29,157 bases of DNA from a virus (lineage: Duplodnaviria; Caudoviricetes). The position numbers and the translations under genes were made by a program. The stretch covers positions 1 through 29,157 of the IMG/VR virus record IMGVR_UViG_3300037422_000387; one strand, written 5' to 3'. Within the stretch, counting starts at the first letter, position 1, and each line of letters starts with the position of its first letter. Positions 9,153 through 17,805 of the stretch are shown in pieces. The notes under the pieces were generated by a model, which was not told the DNA's origin, did no database searches, and saw nothing but the letters and a program-made list of their open reading frames with translations.

Positions 9153-9712
9153 TGGCGCGTTTACGGATCATCGTGGATACCAGTCAGGTTGCGGCGCTCG
9201 CCGACGAGCTGCGGCGCGCATCTGAGGTCGGCTTTCGCCGCGTGGTCGAACGCGCCGAACAACTGCTCCGCACTGAAGCGCCGAAGGTGACGGGCAATCT
9301 GCGCCAGGGCGTGAGCAGCGATGTGGAAATCACGCCGACGGGCGCGACCGCTGACCTGATCGTGTCGGCCCGTCGGGCGAGGCGGGGCGCGCGCCAGGCG
9401 CTGCTCCATCAACCTGATGGGACGACGCGAACAATCAGACTGCGGGCGCAGGCAGCGTTTGATTACGCTGAAGTCGTGGCGCGGGGCCGTGGCGCGATTC
9501 ATCCGAAAAAAGCTCGCGCGCTGCTGATCCCGGTCGGAGCGCCGCTTCAGCACGAGGCATACATCGAAGCGGGCGGACAGTTCTTCATCGTCCGCAGATC
9601 GGCCAGGGCTGTGCCAGCGAACCCTTATGACGAACGCGCGGCGCGGAAGCTCGAAGGCGAGATTGAAACGATTATGACCGCGCAGCTTGACAAGGTACTC
9701 GACGCGCAATGA
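9152..9712 (+). CDS. Neck/tail-completion protein, HK97 gp10-like
   Basis: Arg-rich, 'APKVTGNLRQ' motif, 'IHPKKARAL' and 'PANPY'. Confidence 0.75.
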   Translation: MARLRIIVDTSQVAALADELRRASEVGFRRVVERAEQLLRTEAPKVTGNLRQGVSSDVEITPTGATADLIVSARRARRGARQALLHQPDGTTRTIRLRAQAAFDYAEVVARGRGAIHPKKARALLIPVGAPLQHEAYIEAGGQFFIVRRSARAVPANPYDERAARKLEGEIETIMTAQLDKVLDAQ

Positions 9713-10182
9713 CCCCTGAAACCGCGATCTTTGAGTTTCTCTCGGCGCTCGTGGCAGAAACCGGCGCGCCCGATCCGCTCGCAGAGATTGACCTGCACGA
9801 CACCGAATATCAGCAGTTCCAGCGCGGGGTTGATCGCGGCGTGCGGATCAGCGAAGCGACCGGCTTCACCGGGCCAAAGCCCGATGGCGCGGTCGGCGAA
9901 TGGGATGTCCAGTTCTTTCTGACCTGTTATGCGCGGGTCACGGGCAAGGATAAAACCGAGCGGCTCGCGGCGCGCGAAGCGGCGGCGGAACTCGGTCACG
10001 CGGTGCTGGGGCGCATCTATGCTGATCCATCGCTTGGCGGGCGCGTCTGCAGCGCGCAGCCGGGCCGCTTCATCCGCGATTTCGACACGCTCGACAACGC
10101 CGATTATTACGCGACCTTTGAAATTCCTCTGGTCGTCAACCCAACGGGCAGGCGATTGCCTGCGCCTTTCAGTGTGGAGTGA
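9709..10182 (+). CDS. Tail terminator-like protein
   Basis: 157 aa acidic protein with 'ADPSLGG' motif, upstream of the tail tube. Confidence 0.65.
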   Translation: MTPETAIFEFLSALVAETGAPDPLAEIDLHDTEYQQFQRGVDRGVRISEATGFTGPKPDGAVGEWDVQFFLTCYARVTGKDKTERLAAREAAAELGHAVLGRIYADPSLGGRVCSAQPGRFIRDFDTLDNADYYATFEIPLVVNPTGRRLPAPFSVE

Positions 10183-10185
10183 ACG

Positions 10186-10464
10186 ATGAAGATCAGATTT
10201 CACGACAGATGCGAGAAAGCCGAAATTGACATCGGCAGCGGCCTGTACCGGCGCACGTTCAGGGCCAGTGAACAACCCTTTGAAGTGACTGACGACGAAT
10301 GGCTGGTGTTGCAGCAGATCAGAGATAACTGGACGGAAACGACCGGCAGGGGCAAAGAGAAAGTTGAAGTCGTCAAGAGCGGCCCGCTCTTTGCCCTGCT
10401 CGAAGCAGCCGTGCCAGAGGCTCAGCCTGAGCCGACGCCTGACATCGAAGGCCCGCAGCAGTAA
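10186..10464 (+). CDS. Hypothetical phage protein
   Basis: 92 aa ORF with a GGAG RBS, within the operon. Confidence 0.65.
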   Translation: MKIRFHDRCEKAEIDIGSGLYRRTFRASEQPFEVTDDEWLVLQQIRDNWTETTGRGKEKVEVVKSGPLFALLEAAVPEAQPEPTPDIEGPQQ

Positions 10465-10494
10465 ACCTCATCTTCCTGGACAGGAGAACAGACA

Positions 10495-11583
10495 ATGCCG
10501 ACCAATACCGAGGGCAAAGAGTATTTCATCAGCCGCATCCCGGAAGCGTCATACGACACGCCGGTGCCGATTGTCGGGACGAACCCGAAAAATTACTGGA
10601 AGCTCCCCGTGTCGCGCGAGGATCAGCCGGTTGATTATGAAGTCCGCACCGCTGATGACAGCGATGTGGCGACGGGCAGCAATTTCGCGCGCAACCAGTA
10701 CATCACCGAACACGATGCGCGGCTCCCGATCAACAATATGCGCTGCGACGCGCTGCTGATGCCGCTCTTTCTTTATTCCGCGCTCGGCGCCATCGCCAGT
10801 TCGTCATTCAGCGGCGGTGACGCCTCGGCCAAACGGCATCTGATCACTCCCGCGTCGCCGAAAACAGTGCAGCAGCTTCCGCCATACACGCTGATCGAAC
10901 AGATTCTGCCGACCGAGGATTTCCAGTGGCCGTCGTTCGTGCTGGATCAGCTCGATCTGAGCGGCGACGCCACCGACATCGTGCGGATGAATCACCAGTG
11001 GATCGGCAGCGGGCGCCAGGTCGCGCCCTCGGCCTTCACTCCGGCGACACACGCTGAAGCCGAACCCTCGCGCATTTTCTTTTACAACACGCAATCGGCG
11101 CTGACCATCGCCGACGCCGGAGGCGCGAATCCCGCAGCGGTCGGCTGCAAGCTGCGTAACTGGGGCATCAGCATTCAGAATAATCATCAGGCCGATGACG
11201 GGTATCTGCCGCAGTGCAACAAATTCGTTGATCCGGCCAACAAGGAGCGGGGCATTTATCGCGCGCGTTGTTTGCGCGGGCGGCAGGTGATCACGCTGCG
11301 GTTCACGGTCGAAGCCGAAGCCGGATCAACCTTCATCAATGACCTCAAAATACAGAAGCCACTGGACTGGTCGCATCTGATGGACGGCCCGCTGATCGCC
11401 GGCGCCGCCACCAAAACCAATCAGGTCAGACTGCACGCCTTTCTGACCCGCTATTCGGCGCTGCGCCGCAGCCAGAGCGGCAACATTCTCCGTTACGAAA
11501 TCGAATCGAAGGTGATGGAGGATTCGTCAGGCAATACCTTTGAAGCCGACTGCCAGAACGCGCAGGCTTCATACACTGTGTAA
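10495..11583 (+). CDS. Major tail tube protein
   Basis: CAGGAG RBS. N-terminal 'E-A-S-Y-D-T' motif, beta-rich, directly before the chaperone pair. Confidence 0.8.
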   Translation: MPTNTEGKEYFISRIPEASYDTPVPIVGTNPKNYWKLPVSREDQPVDYEVRTADDSDVATGSNFARNQYITEHDARLPINNMRCDALLMPLFLYSALGAIASSSFSGGDASAKRHLITPASPKTVQQLPPYTLIEQILPTEDFQWPSFVLDQLDLSGDATDIVRMNHQWIGSGRQVAPSAFTPATHAEAEPSRIFFYNTQSALTIADAGGANPAAVGCKLRNWGISIQNNHQADDGYLPQCNKFVDPANKERGIYRARCLRGRQVITLRFTVEAEAGSTFINDLKIQKPLDWSHLMDGPLIAGAATKTNQVRLHAFLTRYSALRRSQSGNILRYEIESKVMEDSSGNTFEADCQNAQASYTV

Positions 11584-11591
11584 AGGAACCA

Positions 11592-12356
11592 ATGGAAACA
11601 GCCCTTGAGACAACTCTGTTCGACGCTTCAGTCGGCAACACTATTGAATTCACGGTTGCGCGGCGCGGCCAGCGTTTTACTGTGAAGCATCATTTCAAGG
11701 CGTATGACGATGAGGAATTCATTCAGTACGAAATCGCCTGCGCGCGCAAACTGACTGAAGCCGACGCCGAAGAGACGGCTGTCGCCAGATCATTCAGACT
11801 GACGAGCGAAGCCCTGCGCGCGGGCAAACAGTTCTGGGAGCGCCTGATCATCGAAATCATCGGTTACGTCGCGTCGCCGGACTGGCGGGCGCTCACGCTC
11901 CTGCGCTTCACTCAGGACTGCCTGTTTGCGCTCGACAATTATTTCGGCGTCCAGATCGTCCCGCTTCCGGCGGCGCCCACACACGAAGCCCTGAGTTATG
12001 TCGCCGAGGATGAAGCCGAGCATCATCTGCTTGCGCCGTTTTACGGTCAGACAGTTGTGACAAAACACTTCCTCCGGCAACCGTCGGCAGAGGATTTCGA
12101 GCGGTATGAAAATCTGCGCGGGGCGTCAGTCGCCATCGGCGGCACGCGCTATGGCCGCGAGGAACGCCTGATCCCGTCACGGGCGCGGGCGAAGGGGAAA
12201 CTCTACGGCGAGCTGCTGATCAGGACGGAAGGGTATCAGGGACTGCCGCCGCTGCATCATCAGGTGGCGATCATTGACGCCCATTTCGCGCCGCAGCAGG
12301 AACTGATTCTGGGGGAATCCGCAGCGCCTTCATCAATGCCATCCGCGAGCGCGTGA
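11592..12356 (+). CDS. Tail assembly chaperone (lambda gpG analogue)
   Basis: Lies between tail tube and tape measure, with slippery G GGG GAA near its 3' end. Confidence 0.75.
   Translation: METALETTLFDASVGNTIEFTVARRGQRFTVKHHFKAYDDEEFIQYEIACARKLTEADAEETAVARSFRLTSEALRAGKQFWERLIIEIIGYVASPDWRALTLLRFTQDCLFALDNYFGVQIVPLPAAPTHEALSYVAEDEAEHHLLAPFYGQTVVTKHFLRQPSAEDFERYENLRGASVAIGGTRYGREERLIPSRARAKGKLYGELLIRTEGYQGLPPLHHQVAIIDAHFAPQQELILGESAAPSSMPSASA
12311..12317 (+). promoter_or_regulatory. -1 frameshift site G GGG GAA (G/GT chaperones)
   Basis: Zero frame reads CTG GGG GAA. The -1 frame continues IRSAFINAIRERVKRLY into the 12353-12736 ORF. Confidence 0.8.
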
Positions 12357-12736
12357 AGCGGCTCTATGAAGGCGCGGGCGGCGCCGGCGTCTGTCCCGGC
12401 GAGCAGGATTGCGATGATTTCAGGGAGGCGTATGACGATCCCGGAATTGATAAACAGACCGGCAGGCGGATCGGCAAAGCGGGCGCGTGCATTCAGTGCC
12501 CGCTGCGCCAGACGAAACCGCAGCCGCTCGTTACGCTCGGCCCGACGCCACGCCTTGAGCAGTGGGTGGCGCGGATTGAAGAGTTGTATTCGTGGCGACT
12601 GGCCGGATGGCGGCCCGATCCGGCGCGTCTGACGCCGGTGGAATGGCTGGGGCTGCGAACGTGGTTTGCAGAAATCGAGGCGTGGGAGCGGTCATTGCGG
12701 ATCGCTCAGACTCAGATTCCGCAGTTCCGCTTATGA
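12317..12736 (+). CDS. Tail assembly chaperone extension (gpT analogue), made as a ~381 aa G-T fusion
   Basis: -1 frame is open from the slippery site. 'PARLTPVEW' resembles gpT-type motifs. Confidence 0.75.
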   Translation: MRSAFINAIRERVKRLYEGAGGAGVCPGEQDCDDFREAYDDPGIDKQTGRRIGKAGACIQCPLRQTKPQPLVTLGPTPRLEQWVARIEELYSWRLAGWRPDPARLTPVEWLGLRTWFAEIEAWERSLRIAQTQIPQFRL

Positions 12737-12799
12737 GCCGGGGCATCGTAACAAGGGCACGGTGCAAGGCGCAGCAGCAGGCGCGCCCGGCTCGCCTGA

Positions 12800-13216
12800 T
12801 TATGAACGCGCTTTTTTGACAATCACGATGCTGTGAATTTCTCCAGAGTCTTCCTTTACTGGCAGGGCGAGGTAGAAGAATGAGCGATCCTGAAATCGGA
12901 CTGATTTCTTTGCACTCTTGTTATTTGCAACCAGATCGTAGCGCGCTGAAACCTCGGCATTGAATGCTGCCCTGATGACATCGCGGCAGGCCTGGACAAA
13001 GATCGCATCATTGCGCGGCAACATCGGCTCAAGGAAGAGGGCAACAGCCCGGTCGTTTTCGACTCGATATTGAAACTTGTATGAGCCTGATCTGCCGGAC
13101 TGCTCTGCCGCAGTAGAGGAAGTTGCCGGAGTCGGAGAGTTGAGTTTGAGATTTGCCTGAACATCACATCCGGCAATCACCAGAGAGCAGAGTGTCAGGC
13201 TCAGCAGTGTTTTCAT
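12800..13216 (-). CDS. Lipoprotein (moron; possible superinfection-exclusion protein)
   Basis: MKTLLSLTLCSLVIAG-C lipobox, GAGG 5 nt upstream on the - strand, S/T/P linker after the Cys. Only opposite-strand gene in the late operon. Confidence 0.75.
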   Translation of the reverse strand: MKTLLSLTLCSLVIAGCDVQANLKLNSPTPATSSTAAEQSGRSGSYKFQYRVENDRAVALFLEPMLPRNDAIFVQACRDVIRAAFNAEVSARYDLVANNKSAKKSVRFQDRSFFYLALPVKEDSGEIHSIVIVKKARS

Positions 13217-13217
13217 A

Positions 13218-16200
13218 ATGGCCTCAAAATTCATTCCAGTTCGATTGACTTTGGATACCGGATCGGCGGAGCGATCTGCGCGCCGCTTTGTCAATACAGT
13301 ATCGCAGATCGGAACAGAAGGGCAGGCGTCAACGACCAGATTCAACAATGCGCTCGACAAGGTGGAGACCAAAAGCGTTTCCACGACCGGCAGAGTCAGA
13401 GCGGCCTTTGGTCAGTATTTGAGCGCAACATTTTTTGCAGACCTCGGCGCTCAGGCCGCAACTGCGTTCATTTCCGCCGCGCGTCAACTGGTGAGCGACG
13501 CAATCAGACTGTCACAGGAAACAAGAAACGCTTTTCTCGGATTGTCCTCACTGGCTACGTTCAAGGGCGTGGATGCGAAGGTTGCGACTGAGAGCGTCAA
13601 AAATCTCGATCTCGTCAAAAAGGGACTGCTCGAAGTCGGCTCGACTTCCACCGCCCTCAAGAACCTGCTGGCTGCGGGATTCTCGCTCGAAGAATCAATC
13701 ACTCTGGTCAAACGCCTGGCTGATGCTGCTGCTTTCGGGCGCGCTGCTCACCTGTCTTTATCTGAAGCGGTTGAGACTGCGACTCAGGGTATCAAGAATC
13801 AGAATTCTGAACTGGTGGATAACTCCGGGGTGACAAAAAACCTCTCGGTGATTCTGAAAGAACGGGGCTTTCAGCTTGAGGATTTGACTGACAAGCTTAA
13901 GGGCGCTGCGGCGCGCGAAGCCTTATATAAGGGCCTGCTCGCTGAAACTGCCGGGCAGCTTGGCGACACAGACAAGTTACTGAACACTTACACCGGGTCA
14001 GTGCTGCAGCACGAAGCGGCTCAGCGACAATTGCAGGTGACACTCGGCGATGTTATTACGCAGTCACCCGCGATCATCAATGCGAACAAAGCCCAGGCGG
14101 AGCAGCTCAGGAAACTGTCGGAGGAAACCAGAAACGGCGCTTCTGAAAATTCGCAGTACCTCGGCACGATCATCAAAATCTATGCTGTCCTGAAATCACA
14201 GGTCATCCCCTTTACGAACTTTTTCATTGCCACTCAGGCCGCATTGGCGAAATCACTGATCGCGCCCTTCAGAGTCGGGATCAGCGTACTGACTTCATTT
14301 GTGAGCGCGGCGCTTGCCATCGCGCAATCGGCCCAGACGAAAATCAGCAACCTGATTCGTTCCGGGATTAATAAGGTGATTGAGGGGCTGGAAACGACAG
14401 GAACCAAAGAACTGGCCGAACGCGCGCTCGGCATTACGCTGCGCAGAGTCGAACTGATCCCTGAAACGGCAATAAACATTGCCGGTCGGCTGGGCGCGCT
14501 CAGAGATGATGTTGCTGGAATCTTCTCTGGGATCAAACAAAGCCTGACCACTGGGATCAATGCTGCGTTCGATGGCGCCAAAGCATACAGCCAGCTTGGA
14601 GCCGCAGTTGAAGAAGTCAATAAGGCAGCCAGAGAGGCCACGAATAATCAGGATGCTGCGGGCAAGGCATCAAAGACACAGGCCGGGAATCATCGTGAAG
14701 CTGCTCTGGCTGCGAGCCGCGAAGCCGATGCTCTGAGCAACCTGGTGGAACTGAGACGTGAATTATCTTCAGCCGCAGTGCAGGGGCCGAATCAACGAAA
14801 CCTGTCAGAGTTGGAAAAAGCTGCTGATAAGGCCAGAGGGATTATTCTGAAGGCGCTGCCCGATGCTCAGGCGCAAAAAGGGCAGACACTTGGCACGTTC
14901 GATTTTCTGGAAAAGTTCACGCCGGAAAAATTGAGGGCACAGGTCAAGGCTGTCCTTGATGTGGCAAACGGACTGGATTTCACGAAACAGCGCAGGGAAA
15001 TTGAAGAGTTCACCAAAGCCGCGAGTGAAGCCCTGGCCAGCATCAAAATAGAAGAGCTCAATGACACGGGGCCGCTCGATGCGGCGCTCGGCAAGCGGCT
15101 GGCCGCGCTCAGCGATCTGCAAAGCAGCCTGCGGATTGGCGGCGCGGAGATCGAAGGCCAGCGTCTGCGCGGGCTGATTACCGAACAGCAGGCGCGCGAT
15201 CAGATCATCCTGCTCGAACGCAGACAGCGTGATGAACTGTTGCGGCTGCTGGATGTCGAACTCGCGCTGGCCGAAATTACCGGCGATGTGAGGGCGATTG
15301 ATCAGTTGCGCGAACAGATCGCCGAGACCAGAAACCTCGGCGCGGAACTGACCCGACAGGAAGAGATTCGGCGGCGGCTGGCCGATCTGACGATCCTCGA
15401 CACGTCGCGCCTGAATGAAGGCGTTGAGGATTTGCTGGCGTCGCAGAAATCAATCACCGAAACGCTCAGCGACTTCCGCCGCAACAGCGTCGAGCAGACT
15501 TTTACGGCGCTCGACAAGGCGGTTGACAAGCTGGCTGAACGCTTCGGCGTGGCGAGCGACGCCAGCAAACAACTGCTCAAGGATTTACTGCGGCTGGCGA
15601 CGACGAAGCTGCTCGAAAAGGTTTTCAATCTGCAATCGCCTGGCACTGTGAATATCGGCGGCGCTCAGCAGAGTCGCGGCTTCAATCCCGGCGGTCTGAT
15701 TCAGCAGGCACTGTTCGGCGGCAATGGCGGCGCGGGCGGAACAGGCGGCTTTACGACGCCTCCGTTTGTGCCGCAGTCAGCGGCGGGCGGGAATGCGGGC
15801 GGCGGCAGTTCGACTGGTTTCAGCCTCGGCGGATTCAATCTGAAACAGATCGGCGGATTTTTCAAAGGGATCGGCGGCGGGATCGGCAGACTCTTCGGGC
15901 TGGGCGGAGCGAAAGCCGCTTCATCAGCGGCGGCGGGCGCGCTGCCGATCAGCGATCTGACGAACTTTGCGCTCAGTCAGAAACTGGATACTTCGGGGCT
16001 GGCCGCGCGCGGGATCAGCGCCGGGCCATCGGCGGCGGCAAGCCTCGGCGCGACGGGGCTGCTCGCGGGTGGCGGATTGCTCGGTTCGCTGCTCGGCGGG
16101 CAATCGCAGTTCGGCAAGCTGCTCGGCGGAGTTGGCGGCGCGCTTGGCGCTGGTGCATTGGGCGCAACCGGAATCTTCGGCGGTGGCATTGCGGCGGCAT

Positions 16201-17213
16201 TGCCTGCGTTGTTTTCAAATCCGATCACGGCGGTGATTGCGGGCGGGCTGCTGCTCGGCGGCTTTCTCCTGGGGCGGCGGGCCGCGCGGGAACTGAATGA
16301 TTACAAGCGGCTGATCAAAGGCGAATACGGGATTGAGGTGAAGGACAAGCAAGTCCTCCAGCAGGTGCGCGAGATCGGCAAACAGACCTTTGGCAAAGAA
16401 TATCGCCGTCATCAGCTCGAAACAATTCGCCTGGATGACGTGAAGTCATTGCTCACGAGTTACGCCGAAAGCACCGGGCAGGCGAATAACAAACTGATTC
16501 AGGCAAAGCAACTGAGCGATCCGTTTGACGCGCGCAATCAGTTCGTCGCGCGTGAATTCGGCGGGCCGGTGCTGCCGGGGATTCCGTACCTTGTCGGCGA
16601 ACGCAGGCCCGAAGTGTTTGTCCCTGACAGGCCGGGGCGGGTGGTTCCTTCAATTGCTGCCTTCACCAGCGGGCAAAGTGGCAGTAGTGAGAGTGAGCAG
16701 CTCCGAGCGGAGATGCGCGAGATCGGCAAACAGACCTTCGGCACGGAGTATCGCAAAGATCAGCTCGAAACGATCCGCCTGGATGACCTGAAGTCATTGC
16801 TCATTCAGCCGAAGCAACTCGGCGATCCGTTCAAGGCGCGCAATCAGTTTGTCGCCCGCGAATTCGGCGGGCCGGTGCGACCGGGCGTGGATTATCTGGT
16901 CGGAGAGAAGCGCGCCGAAGTGGTCAGATTCCAGGCGCCGGGCGCTGTCTTTCCAAGTGTGGCCAGCGCCGGAGCGTCGGGCAGATCGGCGGAGCTCGCC
17001 GAACTCCGGGCCGATTTGCGGGCGCTGAGTCGCGCGATGATGGCGATGCAGGAAGAGATGATCACGACTTTCAAACCGTTCCGCGCGGCCACGCCGGGCG
17101 AAGTCCTCGTCAAGGCCATCGAGCAGCAGCCCGACGCCGTGCCGGGCGCAGTCTCGGAATCGGTGCGCGGCGGTGATCGCTTCGGGATCAGAGCGAATAT
17201 TTATGGAGTGTGA
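13218..17213 (+). CDS. Tail tape measure protein
   Basis: 1331 aa, Ala-rich helical, with a Gly-rich hydrophobic segment and C-terminal 'GGPV...YLVGERRPEVFVP' TMP motif. Confidence 0.93.
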   Translation: MASKFIPVRLTLDTGSAERSARRFVNTVSQIGTEGQASTTRFNNALDKVETKSVSTTGRVRAAFGQYLSATFFADLGAQAATAFISAARQLVSDAIRLSQETRNAFLGLSSLATFKGVDAKVATESVKNLDLVKKGLLEVGSTSTALKNLLAAGFSLEESITLVKRLADAAAFGRAAHLSLSEAVETATQGIKNQNSELVDNSGVTKNLSVILKERGFQLEDLTDKLKGAAAREALYKGLLAETAGQLGDTDKLLNTYTGSVLQHEAAQRQLQVTLGDVITQSPAIINANKAQAEQLRKLSEETRNGASENSQYLGTIIKIYAVLKSQVIPFTNFFIATQAALAKSLIAPFRVGISVLTSFVSAALAIAQSAQTKISNLIRSGINKVIEGLETTGTKELAERALGITLRRVELIPETAINIAGRLGALRDDVAGIFSGIKQSLTTGINAAFDGAKAYSQLGAAVEEVNKAAREATNNQDAAGKASKTQAGNHREAALAASREADALSNLVELRRELSSAAVQGPNQRNLSELEKAADKARGIILKALPDAQAQKGQTLGTFDFLEKFTPEKLRAQVKAVLDVANGLDFTKQRREIEEFTKAASEALASIKIEELNDTGPLDAALGKRLAALSDLQSSLRIGGAEIEGQRLRGLITEQQARDQIILLERRQRDELLRLLDVELALAEITGDVRAIDQLREQIAETRNLGAELTRQEEIRRRLADLTILDTSRLNEGVEDLLASQKSITETLSDFRRNSVEQTFTALDKAVDKLAERFGVASDASKQLLKDLLRLATTKLLEKVFNLQSPGTVNIGGAQQSRGFNPGGLIQQALFGGNGGAGGTGGFTTPPFVPQSAAGGNAGGGSSTGFSLGGFNLKQIGGFFKGIGGGIGRLFGLGGAKAASSAAAGALPISDLTNFALSQKLDTSGLAARGISAGPSAAASLGATGLLAGGGLLGSLLGGQSQFGKLLGGVGGALGAGALGATGIFGGGIAAALPALFSNPITAVIAGGLLLGGFLLGRRAARELNDYKRLIKGEYGIEVKDKQVLQQVREIGKQTFGKEYRRHQLETIRLDDVKSLLTSYAESTGQANNKLIQAKQLSDPFDARNQFVAREFGGPVLPGIPYLVGERRPEVFVPDRPGRVVPSIAAFTSGQSGSSESEQLRAEMREIGKQTFGTEYRKDQLETIRLDDLKSLLIQPKQLGDPFKARNQFVAREFGGPVRPGVDYLVGEKRAEVVRFQAPGAVFPSVASAGASGRSAELAELRADLRALSRAMMAMQEEMITTFKPFRAATPGEVLVKAIEQQPDAVPGAVSESVRGGDRFGIRANIYGV
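16366..16960 (+). repeat. Diverged tandem duplication in the TMP C-terminus (~16366-16650 vs ~16713-16960)
   Basis: 'REIGKQTFG.EYR..QLETIRLDD.KSLL...KQL.DPF.ARNQFVAREFGGPV.PG..YLVGE.R.EV' occurs twice, and the similarity is also visible at DNA level. Confidence 0.9.
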
Positions 17214-17710
17214 GCGTGGGACAGGAAGCGGGGATCATTCTCAGTCCGGCAGGCTCGGCTTATGAAAAGCTGATCGTCTGTTATTCCTTTGAAGTCGTGG
17301 TGAAGGAAGTTTCGGATGAGATCGTTCACGATTTCGGGAATGGCTTCGACGCGGTGCTGGAGACAGGTTTTTCAGAGCCGCTGAGGTATTACACGCTCAA
17401 CTATCGCACGCTGCCACAGTGCGTACAGGCGGAACTGCTGATTGACATCGGCGACGGACTGACAATGACTCCGGCGCATTATTACACTGATTTCCTGCGG
17501 CGGCACCGGCAGCGCAAGCCGTTTCTGATTGACGATCTGCTGAGCGGGCAGGAAACGCTGGTCAAGCTCGCGGGCAATGAATGGGAATACCGGCTGACCG
17601 CGCCCTGGCTGTGGTCATCAGTCGCCACTTTCCGCGAATGGCGTGGAAGCGGCGAAACGATTGACACGCAGGAACTGGCCGCGAGCGCCGCCAACCCGGC
17701 GCAAATCTGA
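17210..17710 (+). CDS. Distal tail protein-like (Dit/gpM position)
   Basis: 166 aa overlapping the TMP stop, with 'KPFLIDD' and terminal 'ATFRE' typical of Dit/gpM-like proteins. Confidence 0.65.
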   Translation: MSVGQEAGIILSPAGSAYEKLIVCYSFEVVVKEVSDEIVHDFGNGFDAVLETGFSEPLRYYTLNYRTLPQCVQAELLIDIGDGLTMTPAHYYTDFLRRHRQRKPFLIDDLLSGQETLVKLAGNEWEYRLTAPWLWSSVATFREWRGSGETIDTQELAASAANPAQI

Positions 17711-17730
17711 AAGACGTGAACAGAAGGAAA

Positions 17731-17797
17731 CCACGAAGCAGCGAAGGACGCGAAGCAGCCAGCTTCTCCCTCTTCGTGTTCTTCGTCAGCTTCGTGG
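17731..17797. repeat. REP-like palindrome, three CGAAG units facing three CTTCG units
   Basis: CCACGAAG-CAG-CGAAG-GACG-CGAAG (17731-17755) vs CTTCG-TGTT-CTTCG-TCAG-CTTCGTGG (17772-17797). Confidence 0.8.
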
Positions 17798-17805
17798 GAC
17801 TCGCA

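Noticed and set aside
12735-12793. GAGCCGGG/CCCGGCTC inverted repeat as a terminator between convergent genes
   Set aside because: 8-bp arms are ~43 nt apart with no U-tract, which is too weak to call.
13217-13384. Longer 194 aa version of the minus-strand lipoprotein
   Set aside because: The extension overlaps the TMP and would bury the lipoprotein signal. ATG 13216 has its own RBS.
16366-16960. Diversity-generating retroelement TR/VR pair
   Set aside because: Mismatches are not adenine-specific, an indel is present, both copies are in frame in one gene, and no reverse transcriptase is in the window.
17731-17797. CRISPR mini-array
   Set aside because: Units are 8-9 bp and inverted, with no spacers and no cas genes.
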